DNA of 64,000 bases from Xylographa opegraphella. Its lineage: Eukaryota. The notes beneath the pieces were generated by a model, which saw only the letters and a program-made list of their open reading frames with translations, had not been told where the DNA came from and ran no database searches. Position numbers and translations under genes: made by a program. The DNA lies in assembly GCA_022813865.1 (NCBI GenBank), contig JALDZX010000030.1, positions 62,001 through 126,000 of the forward strand. The letters are read 5' to 3'. Of this stretch, positions 53,229-64,000 are shown one piece after another (position 1 is the stretch's first letter; each line of letters starts with the position of its first letter).

Positions 53229-55518
53229 ATGTCTCAGGTCGGTAGTCGGTGCTTTGAGTTATGCATTGATCGTGTACTGACACGGCCATAGCATGCTACC
53301 GAGCTGTGCCTCCTCCTGGTAGATGATGTGTATGGAGAGCTGACCTCGGTACGTATTGCATTCCCTCGACAGCGATTGTTCATCCCCTCCTTTAGCAATT
53401 GCAAAACTTCAACCAGAGACATGGCGGGTCGTAGAGTGCACTGCTGACTTCAGTAGCGCGCGTTCTCAGCTCTCATTTGCTATGGGCGGCTTAGTATCGC
53501 TGGACTACTCCACTACACGGGTCTGACACCTCGACAAGTCAAACACAGTCTCGCTGTGCTTATCCAACAACATCTTGCTCTATGGTATGCAGCTTCAGAT
53601 GAAACTGCCACGTACTACGAGGCCAACTGGACAAGTGCATACGCGCTGTTACGCTCTGGAAAGTTTGTCCGTATAGTGGAGGAGCGGCTTGGTTCGTTTG
53701 CGGGGGGAATAGTCTCGAACATGCTGCTATCGGGCCATGCAAGCACTAGAGATCTGGCACAGGCCTACGATATTGTACCTCCTACTGATAGTGGAGCGGC
53801 GCTCAACGAACCTGCGGTCCTCACTAATGGTCACACGAGCAACGAAGACTCCAAGCCCCATATTGCTGAATCTTTCCATTCATCACTGCATACCCTCCTC
53901 GATCGGGGCTTCTTGTCGTCAGTCCATGAGTCTTACTTCCGATCCGATGCCGATAACCGAAGCGAGGCTGAAGCGTTGATGCGACGAATCAAAAACTTTG
54001 AAGGAGAGTTGAAGGCAGACCAGAAGCGCGAGCTGGCAGAGGCGATTGAAGAAAAGCTCCTCGAATGGAAATCGGGCTCTAGTGCCGATGATGATACTTT
54101 CACAGTCACCCCTTTTGAGAAGCCTGTCAATAGCAGAAAGCGTAAATGGAAAGGTGAACCAGACTTAGCACATGATACAGGGAAGCGACAGCGTTCCGAT
54201 GCTCAAAACATCAAGATGGTTATTCCATCTTTGGAAGATGAGGAAAACTCTTCCCATCAGGACGTAAGTTGAGACTGTATTCTTCTATCGCTACCATCCA
54301 TACTTGGCTAATTTTTCTAAGAACGGAGCTACTCTAAGTGTTAATTACGACAAGCTTGTAGTTGTCGCACGTAATGAAAAGCTTGTCCGACTCGTTGAAG
54401 AAAGGATCGGCCAAGCTACTTCTCGTGTATATGCCGAGGTTCTTCGACACCTCGAAAAGAAGATTAAATTCTGTGTTCCGTCGAAAGGAGAAAGTGACGG
54501 TCTCACTGAGGAAGATAATATTGTCCTCGGCCCGAAAGTGTCGACTGCTGAAATTGCAGCTGCAATGGCAAACCTCGAAGATCTTGCTGGAGGTATTGGG
54601 CTCGCGGATCCAAGTATGATCAACCTTGATCCGATAATTCATCCACGGAAGAAACGACGAAGATTCAACATGAACGGTGAACACTTAAATGGAGAGACTA
54701 GTGAAACTGAGGAGGATGACTCAGATACGGAACTGCAGAACGGCAACATTACTGATGTTGAAATTGACTCTGACGATGCCAAGGGCGACGATGGGTATAA
54801 GTCAGAAATTAAGGTCGAAAAAGATGGCGACGAAAACCAAGAGTCACCGAATACCCTATCATCTCTGTCCAATGCTCAGTCTTGCCATTTTCTAACTCGT
54901 CAAAACCTCTTCCTCCTAGCTGAACACCCATACAACTTCTTATCCTTCATTCGCCGCAGCGGCAGCACACCTGAGAGCTGGGCAGTGAACTTTACTGCGC
55001 TTGTAAGTCAGCTGCGTTTGATAGAACTCGAAAACATAATCACTACACGCTATGGGGTAGAGGCTCTCCGAATTATCCGTATCCTGCAAGAGAAAGGAAA
55101 GCTTGATGAGAAAGCTATCTCAACATTCGCGCTGATGAATCAGAAGACCATGCGTAGCATTCTTACGACTATGCATGAAGCTGGACATCTGGACTTGCAG
55201 GAGGTGCCTCGCGATAATGCGCGGCAACCCGCGCGTACTATTTTCCTATGGTTCTTCGATCCGGAGCGATGCCGACAGAAGATCCTTGAAGAAACATACA
55301 AGACCATGGCTCGGTGCATGCAGAGAGCCAAGGCTGAACGTGAAGCTGTACAAAGTGTTATCGACAAAGCGTCTCGTACTGATGTCGTCGGCAAGGAAGA
55401 TGAACTGCTCGGCCTAGATGAGCGGACTACTTTAGGGGCATGGCGCGAAAAGGAGGAAAGGCTGCTCGGTGAGATCGGCAGGTTGGATGATCTAGTGGCT
55501 GTATTACGGGACTTTTAG
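53229..55518 (+). CDS. RPC82: RNA polymerase III subunit Rpc82/RPC3
   Basis: LLVDDVYGELTS, VKHSLAVLIQQHL, RIIRILQEKGKLDEK, LQEVPRD..RQPARTIFLW. Confidence 0.92.
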
Positions 55519-56495
55519 GCGGGTTTCAGGCCTGGAAAAGCAGGAAGGGTACTGGTCGGTTTCTACTTGATGCCCTTGACTGCATAGCGCATGGCGTTTG
55601 ATACCACATCCTCTCGCTGGTCTGGGCGGGAATGGGCTAAGATAGGACGGCTTTCTCACAATATTTGCTATATATTGCGCCAGGAGATAGACAATTCGAA
55701 TATTAGAGCACGAGACAATACTACTCAATCAGGACAATACTCTTTTATTTAGTCGAATCTGCACATCAGAGCATCGCGTGCACTCTTGCTGTCAGATAGC
55801 GGATCTTTCTCGAGTCTCTGCTAAAATGAATGCGTACATCCAATAGGGGCTCTGATCTATAGCACTTTCGATGTCTTTACAGGTTCAACCTTACGAAATC
55901 ATCCCCCATCCCTGTTCGGCATCCATATCCCCTCTCTCTTGATCCTCTAAGCCTGCCCATAAATGCGCTTATATCGCCGGCCTGTACGGTCCTGCATTTG
56001 GATGTACCATGGCTAGCATCCCCTTCTTGCTGCTTATCGCCTCCGATACACAGGGTCTGCTTCGTGGGGAAACGTGTTGCGGAGCCGAGCTCGTGTTCGG
56101 ACGGGCTGGTCTGCTAGGTAATTCTTCTCGTCGGCGTGCGGTGGATTTCGGCGGACGTATCCCGAGAGATCTAGTGATAAGAGTCTGGTGTGTCAAGTTC
56201 CTATCTCACATATCCGCGATACTGTCTAGCTGTTGAATGTCGTGAAATAGAGATTGAGATCAGGAGGGCATTGCTTCACAACATTTTCACGTAGCAGGTA
56301 TCGCTGCTGCCGTATGACCACGAATTCTACGAAAACTGTACTTGAGCACTCCCTACATAATCTATCGACAATTGCTCCAATTCCTTTCCCCATCTCAGGC
56401 CTGTCAGCCCCAACAGCCCCCCCCAAAGCCAGACAACACCAAACGACCACGCAACGCGATGCAATTACAGAATCACAAGTGAGCCCGAACCCCTG

Positions 56496-58876
56496 TCACC
56501 CACCCATCAGCCCCTCGCGCTCTCCTTCCTGCCTTTCCCCACCGAGTAGATAGCCCGCTTCCCTGCAGTACCTCACCTCTCCGTTCCGGACCTCGCTCGC
56601 CCAGCACACGACCACGGCATCCACGACGCCGGTCAGCACGCCCTCCATCGCACCGAGGATCGCCCAGCCGATCGCACCGGCGATGAGCCCCACGACGTAG
56701 GCGTAGAGACTGCCTCGGATAGTGGACGCCGCGGCCGCGTCGTCGAGGACGAGCGAGCGGGCTGTGCTGACCCACGCGCCAAAGCCGAACGCGAAGGAGG
56801 TGATGATGCGGGTGGCGTGGAGGAGGAGCAGGGCAATGTTGTAGGGGAGGACGGAAGTTGCGAAGGGGGTGGTGTTGGTGCGGCGTCGGGCGTCGGGGGA
56901 CGCGTTTGAGGCGTTCATGATAGGGAGCTGGGTGACAGCACGGGATGAGGCAATGAGGGGCAGCGAGTGGATGGCGCTGTAGGTGAGGGTTGTGGGGTGG
57001 GTGAGAATGGTGATGGAGTTGGGAAGGAGGGTGTAAGTGCAGAAGCCGACGAGGGCGATGATGCGCCGGGGAAGAACAACGATAGGCAAGCGGACCAGGA
57101 GTCCGAGGAGGGTGGAGAGACAGATGGTGCCGAAGAGGGTGGTGGTCGAGTGGCCTAGGGCGGCTTGGACTACTTGTCGAGAGGTGGGAGCAGGGATGGC
57201 GAGGCGGTGGAAGTACCATTGGCTGACTGTGGCGGCTGTGGTGGCGCGTTGGATGCCAGAGACGACGGCGAGAGTCCACAGATAGACGAGGATGAAGAAC
57301 ACGCCTAGCCACCAGGTGCTAAGGTCGATGATAAAGAAGTTCTTTGCGGAGGAGAGGTGCCCACCGAGGAAGACGCGAGTGAACATGCCCATCCACAGCC
57401 ATGTCCATGCAACGACACCGCCCAACGTACCAAAGCCGAGTAGGAGAAGCGCAGGATTCGCGGTTAAGATTCGACAGGCAAATTCAAGGATTCCGATCGC
57501 CTTGCCAAATGCGTGTCGGCCTTGGTAGACACCATATATCCAGGCTAGGGCAACAAATGCCGGCAGCGGTGATAGGTACCTCATGACACGATCTTGAATA
57601 CTTGCGCCCTTCCAAGGACCACTGTAGCTGGATATCAGTGGATACAAGGAAAATGAGAACAGAATCACCGGGACAGCCGTAAGGATAAGATAGACCAGGG
57701 GACGGACGTATGATCTGAGAAGCGCCAACCATAGTAAGGATACTATGATTGCAACTAGAGTATCGACTGCAAGGAGGTGGAAGGAAGCCTGCATGGTAGT
57801 ATATACGGTATCGCCAAGAGGATGTTTCATTGAAGGCGTGGAAGTATGTAGGTAGACCAAAAGAAAGCTCGCAAATAAAGAGGCGAGGGTTATCAAATAA
57901 AGATTGCCCCAGAATGCATCATGACGCGGTGGTTGTACAGTAGTGAAAGCCACAGTGGGTGGTACTGACGATGAGTCTGACTCTGGCGGAGGAGGTCTCT
58001 CGTCCTGGACTTCATCACCAGTCTCTTGTGGTATGAAGGGCGAGAATAGGGTCTGAGTACGAGGTGGTTTCCGGAAATTTTGAATCGACGGCGGATCATC
58101 GTCAGGAGAGATGTCGATGGCCAAATCTGCCGGTGGTTCGTCCGCATCGGGCTCGTCCAGGCCACTTCGCATAGTACTCTCCAGCCCAACATCGTACATT
58201 TTGCCCTTTCCCGCGCTGCTTCCTTCGCTGGACACGCGCTCGAGATTCCCCTCATCGAGCTCATCCATAGCGGTTACTGGTGTCCCTCGCAGTCTACCGC
58301 TAGACTTTCCGCCTTTCCACGAGCTCTTAATGCCTCCAATTCGACCCAGACCTCGCTCATCCGAATTCCGGCCATCTCCACTTGCTCCGAGACCAGATCC
58401 TCGGCTGCCGTCATCTTCCGCTTCTGACGATTCCTCTAATCTGCCTTCCACAAACTGCCGCCTCGAGCGCTGCAGCGCGTAGAAGTCTGCAACTTCTCTC
58501 TCGTGCTCTGCCTCATCATTGTCCTCCAAGGCATCAGTAGCACTGTAGAATAATGGCGCTGGCGGAGCATTTGACCTCGACGCGAAGGGGAACTGAGACA
58601 AATGAGAGGCTACTCCGTGATAAGGATTACCGGCTGCCGGTCGTTGGAAATACGACCGGCCAACAGGTTGTCGTGAAGAGCTCGGGTCCTGTCGTCGAGG
58701 CCTTTCTAACGGATTTCGAGTTGATTCTTCGGGCTGCCGAAACGATATGCGAGATTGCGACTGCGCGAGGAACCGAGATGCATCTGGGGGCTCGAGTCAG
58801 TACAGTGCTTACTGGATCAGTCCTGGCAGGCAGCTTCTGCCTTGTCTATCAGATATCCCTTACATTCAGAAAACAT
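56496..58876 (-). CDS. Choline-transporter-like (CTL/SLC44) membrane protein
   Basis: Short exon 1 MFSE then YASRFLAQSQSRIS; QPPRHDAFW, ATVSQWYF, FGTICLS, LTYSAIH; multiple TM segments. Confidence 0.88.
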
Positions 58877-59503
58877 CACAGCAACACATCAGCCAGCCGT
58901 TACGGTAGCGGACAGTGCTGGCTGCCTGGCACTTATGAACTCGACTGCGATAAGGACTTTCTGAGGAACGGTATGAGGAAAGGAGATTTCAGCCTAGATT
59001 TAGCTCTCCAGTAGTCCTGCTCAGAAGCTTCTTGCTGCTGACCTCGGTGTCGCGTGTGGTAGATGTGGCAGGGGAGAGAAGAGTCACGAGAGAAAGAGAT
59101 GATGTGACTCGTGGTAGCAGCGAGCTCGGGTGCCTCATCGAGGTTTCGGCGATAGCGGTGTAGAAACGGCCCGAAGCGCCAATCACACCACGCCCATTTT
59201 CAAGCGACCGGATCTCACTACTCTCTTGCTTCGAGAATCTGTCTGGCGCTGGGGGATGCTGCTCGAGTCATACTGATCATCGCCGAAGTTTCTCTCTGTG
59301 CTATTTTTCGCTTTCGGCCCTGACCAGGGACAATGAGTCGACCATTTCATTGTTCTCCGTCCTGCAGAGCTTCATGCCACTAAGCCCTAGGTACCAAAGC
59401 GAACTGTGACGTCGACAGAAGCATCTTCAGAGCTCCATGAGCCTCGAGCTTGTGTCCTCGAGTGATACATCCAGCAGTACTCAAACACGCCTCAGCCCAT
59501 CTG

Positions 59504-60505
59504 ATGTCGCAACCGTGGGACTACATCGCAAAGCTCGTCTGCATAGGCGATAGCGGTACGGGGAAGTCCAGTGTACGCCTTCCTCGATTCCTCCTTTCCT
59601 CCGCCGCTACCCTTTCCGCTCATACTCTGCCCTCTTGAGTCCCGGAATATGCTAATATCCCTCAGCTCACCATCCGCCTCTGCGAAGGCCGCTTCTCCCC
59701 GCACCACGACGTTACCATCGGCGTCGAATTCGGCTCGCGAATCGTCCCCGTCGGCCCGCCCGCCTCGCTATCCCTCTCCATCAACAATCCCTCGTCCCAG
59801 CAGCCCTCATCCTCTCCACCGACCTCCCCCCAAAAGTCCCCTAGTCCATCCATTTCTTCAAAAAAAGCCACCTCGGCATCCAAACCCACACCCGCTGCCC
59901 CAACCCAAAAGCGCATGAAACTTTCCCTCTGGGACACCGCCGGCCAAGAGACCTACAAGTCAATCACGCGCTCCTACTTCCGCGGCGCCAGCGGCGCACT
60001 CCTCGTGTTCGACATCTCCCGCCGCGCCACCTTCGAAAGCGTGACGGAGTGGCTGCACGACCTGCGGCAGATCGCGGAGGAAGGCATTGTGGTGATCCTG
60101 GTGGGCAACAAATCCGACCTGGCGAGCGACAGCCTCGTGTCCAGCTCCGGTGGTGAAACCAACCCCGGAAGCGGCCGCCCGACGCAGAACAAGCGCGCTG
60201 TCTCGCACGAGGAAGCGACGACGTGGTGCCGCGAAAATAACGTCATGCAGTACGTCGAAACGTCCGCCAAATCGGGCGAGGGCGTGGAGCGGGCGTTCTT
60301 GGAGGTCGCGGAGCGCATCTATCAGAATATCGAGGCCGGTCGGTATGACCTGAACGATCGGCGGAGTGGGGTCAAGGGGCCCGGGGCAGGCGGTGGCGCC
60401 CGGGCCGGGAAAGCAGGGGCCGGTGGTGCGGTGGTGCTGGGGATGAACGAGGTGGGTGGCATGGGCACGGGTGCTGGGAAGGGGTGGGGCGGAGGCTGCT
60501 GCTAG
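59504..60505 (+). CDS. Rab GTPase (Rab2/Rab4/Rab14-like) with a Ser/Pro-rich insertion
   Basis: IGDSGTGKS, TIGVEFG, WDTAGQE, GNKSD, ETSAK, C-terminal GGCC. Confidence 0.93.
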
Positions 60506-61062
60506 GCGCCACCAGCGAAAAGCGAGGGGAACGGTGTACAATACAAGCATGGGTCAGGGCGGTGGGAGATGAGCATTGCAATACCCCAAGGCAGGTGAGC
60601 CGCGTACAGCGACGAGGATGGTTGCGTCGTTCTTGTTACGGTGGGGCGGCTATCAGGCGTGTAAGATGGCAAAAGCCGGGGGAACGGGGATTTCTCCTCG
60701 CAAGGCTGTATATATTCTTATTACTTTTGCGCTCTTGCGTTGCAATAGATCATCTATCTTGTGCTTTGGAGTTGATTCGTAGAAAGTAGGGAAGCTAAAT
60801 GAACCAGAGGGTACGATGATGGACACCTGAGAACGAGCGTGATCTGTATGTCTACTCAGGCAGATGGTATATATTACTAGCAACATCTAAACCGCCGTCT
60901 TTCCGCCGATAGTAGCGGAGAAAGCCCGCCGTGGCGACGACTACCAATAGCGATCCTCGCAGTATTTGACACGATCTTACATTACACGACGCGAAGCCCC
61001 CGCCTCGGCGACATTCCTCCCACCACTCAGTGACCAGCACAACCAGATGAACATCCATCTGC

Positions 61063-63572
61063 CTAGTCGGTGATCCTCCACTTATCAAACCACTTCAGAT
61101 GCCTCCATTGCTTGTGTTCCCCTACCATGCCAAATACAATTGCCCGGAACAGGTAAAACAACCCCCCAAGCAACACGTACAGGGTACCGTAGAGCGCCCA
61201 CTCCAGCCTGCGGTCCTTTCGCCCCAGTGGTCTTGTCGTCCAATCAAGCACGAAACCGGCGGTCAAGATAGCGAAATACAAAGCCGGGTAATAATGATGC
61301 ACATATGTGACTCTGGCCATGGCTACAAAGGGCATGTAGTGTAAGAACCAACCAAGGACGGGATACAAGCCCGAGTAGTGAATGTGGTCAATCTCGGCTT
61401 CATTCAGCTCTTCATAGCAGCGCTGCCACCGGATAAGATACCAGAGGACAATTACGCCAATGACACCAAGGCTGGCGGTGCTACCCCAGTACACAGCTGG
61501 GTTGCCAAGCAAGAAGTACTTGACGATGTGGTCGTCCCATCCGCACATACGAAGACCGACGTTGAGAATGGGCCACTGCCAGAACTGAGAGGCGAGATCA
61601 TCTTGCTTATCAGGGTCGGGGACGAGCGCATTATTGGAGGTCATCATGGCAACATTGAGGTGGAGGAAGTCACGCAGGAAGGGCGATTTGTAGGAGCCAG
61701 GGTCGCCAGCCGGTACTAGAAATGCGATTAGCAGTGAATTTCTGGTAGTAGTAATTGGATATCGTACGCCTTTCATTCCAATGAGATTCGACGTTCCAAT
61801 GAGTGTAGACATCTCGAGGTCTGTTTTCTTTGGCACAGGTAACTTCAATCTGTTTGAAGCCCCATTGAGGTAAGTTCACATTTCCTGCACGAAGGTAGCA
61901 ACCGAGAGCAGTATGCCTTAAGCGGAACGCCGTTGTCAATGTCCTGATCTTCGACCTGTCTGAAGAAGCTGCGTCGCTAACAACTTCGACGGTCCAGTGA
62001 TCTTTCTCGTCACCAACGGTGGTGTTACCATATGATGAAACTTCATAGTCAGCTTTAGTGATTGGAGCCGAAACTTGGTGAGAGTGTAGATTTCGTCCTG
62101 TCTGAGCATGAATGAAGCGGAGAACATCTTTGTCGGCGACGAATTTTAACGGCGCATCTGGGCTGTATTCAGGAGAGCTTCGATTTGGATAAAAGAACCA
62201 GTCATTGTTGGCGTCTTTATGGTGATAACATGTTACTTGCTGTTGCCCGGACCCTTCAGGATAGGTCTGGATGTGGGAATGTAAGAGACCACCTCCATAT
62301 CCCATATTCTTGAGTGTTGCACGAGAACCGTATGCGATCTCCAGCGGGCTATCCTTGCCAACCTCTGTACCCCTAAGGTTGGCTTGGAAAAGTGAACTCA
62401 TTTGAGCGTCTCCTGGGCCGCTGTTCTCCAAGATGAGGAAGTGAATATAGAAGGAGAACATGTATACCATCAATGGTACTATGATCAGACCGACAACTCG
62501 AGCAGCAAAGTGCTCGGCTAATGTGATCTGAAGTTAATTAGCGTCGCCGTTGCTGCCAAGATGTATTGCGCATACCACAGGCATATCCAAGTCACCAAAT
62601 TTGTTCCATAGATCCTCCACCGTGTATAGTCCAACTAGCGCCGTGCAGAAAAGTCCAACCCACTTGACGCTGCAAACGCAGCCGATACTTATCCCACTCA
62701 AAAAGAGCCAGAGAAACCATTCAGGTGAGAAGCTCTCATCCCGAAGACGGTGGAATCTAGCCCAGCAGAGAACCGTAGTAAATGTAAAGAACAGGAGCAT
62801 TGAGTCAAGCAGAATAAAACGAGATATAGTGGCGTACGAATTTTCGAAAAGGACCATCATTGTTACAAGCCATACTGCCGGCCTCCTAAGGTTCAGCTCT
62901 CGCGCTGTGAAATAGGCAAGGGGCACACAGAGAGCGCCGAAAGTAGAGTTGAACAACCGCATGAAGGTGTAATTGACCTCCGCCGGGTATGTATCTCCAG
63001 ACTTAAACTCAAATGAGCCATTGTAGCTAGCCAAGTAGCCCGAAAGCCCAACAAGCATCTTTCCAAGTGGGGGGTGCACATCGAAATAAAACTCGCGTTT
63101 TAAGTAATGTGAGCCGAATTTACCGAAGCTATAGCATGAGTCTAGAATCAGCCTTCATTTTGCAGCATCGTCGCGCTGGAGCCATGCGTTCCCGAGGTCA
63201 AAACTTACTGGGCCTCATCCCATGTCACTATAGGCGACAGTCCTATCTTATACATCCGTGTGAAGAAAGCCATATAGGTGAATATGAGGGGCGCGATGAG
63301 GAATTCGTACTCGTCGAGAACAGAAAGGATAGACTGCTGTCGCTGGAAAGTTCAAGCGGGGTCAGCAAGATCCACCTCCACTATCAGGTCCAGAGTTGAT
63401 TTGACTCAGCTTGTTGCACTGGAAGTACCTTTTGTGATTTCTCTTGGTCAATCGTATCAGGTTCTTGCACGAGGCTCCGATTGCTCTTGTCGGAGGTTCG
63501 AATATTCCTTCGCCTCAAATCATGTCCACTTTGAGTAGTGCCAGTGGCATGACTAGCTCTAGTTGTCGCCAT
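61063..63572 (-). CDS. PMT2: Dolichyl-phosphate-mannose protein O-mannosyltransferase, PMT2 subfamily
   Basis: [35 protein letters not shown] repeats (LHSH), [19 protein letters not shown]. Confidence 0.94.
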
Positions 63573-64000
63573 ATCTCCGTCACTCCTCAATCCACAGGAA
63601 TATAAGAAGTAGCTCAGGCTGTGCAGGAGGAGAAATTCACCAAGGGGGAAATCAGGCGAAGTATAGCCCGGTCGTAAAGAGTGTAGAGAAAATAAAAGAC
63701 TACGATTAGGTAAATGTCGTTAAGGCGTCATGACACAGACGACAACACAGCGGGCATAGGAGTTTTGCGACTTGCGACCCGTGGATGCTCTGCAGTTCAA
63801 CTGTTCATCAACTGTTTGAGCTGAAAGCTGGCGTCTCCTTGACTTTCTCGCTGCCAAGGCCAGAATTTAAGCGAAAGACGCGCGAGCCTCACGACAGGGG
63901 TCCACAAAAGGGGTCAATGCGCTGTCGCTTCATAGCCTCAATCCAATCCAGAACTTTGCATCACTTTCTTTACCAAAAAGACAGCTTTTGACGAAAAAGT

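Noticed and set aside
55969..56450. Small ORFs between RPC82 and CTL
   Set aside because: Non-ATG starts or no motifs; likely UTR/terminator sequence.
56473..57312. 279-aa His/Arg/Pro-rich alternative-frame ORF inside the CTL gene
   Set aside because: Expected from C-rich third codon positions of a hydrophobic CDS.

Overview
Gene-dense, intron-containing chromosomal segment of a filamentous ascomycete (Pezizomycotina), judged from short GT..AG introns with CTRAY branch sites and the protein families present. A backbone of housekeeping genes (Hook fragment, PCF11, ADK1, RPN8, SWIM/Sws1-like, F-box, CNBP/Gis2, Raf1/DIM-9-like WD40, acyl-CoA synthetase, MET17, MARVEL, MAK10, ATP15, QCR2, RPC82, CTL, Rab, PMT2) is interrupted by two accessory-looking stretches. 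The first (~15.2-26.3 kb) holds an SDR pseudogene, a membrane-anchored pseudo-aspartic protease, a 2OG-Fe(II) oxygenase, a solo LTR nested in a MITE-like element and a PI-PLC-like protein. The second (~39-46.6 kb) holds a secreted alkaline-phosphatase-family enzyme, an MFS pump, repeats and decayed DNA. Two small spliced genes absent from the ORF track were reconstructed by hand (I9 inhibitor, ATP15). Best leads: (1) an in-frame TAG in the Raf1/DIM-9-like gene followed by 37 open codons ending in a SIM-like motif; (2) ATP15 and MAK10 packed so tightly that a poly(A) signal sits 13 nt before the MAK10 ATG; (3) a receptor-like pseudo-protease; (4) the nested LTR/MITE; (5) gene pairs also linked in S. 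cerevisiae. I did not find an unambiguous novel multi-gene system. All calls are by eye with no database searches, and exon boundaries are manual.
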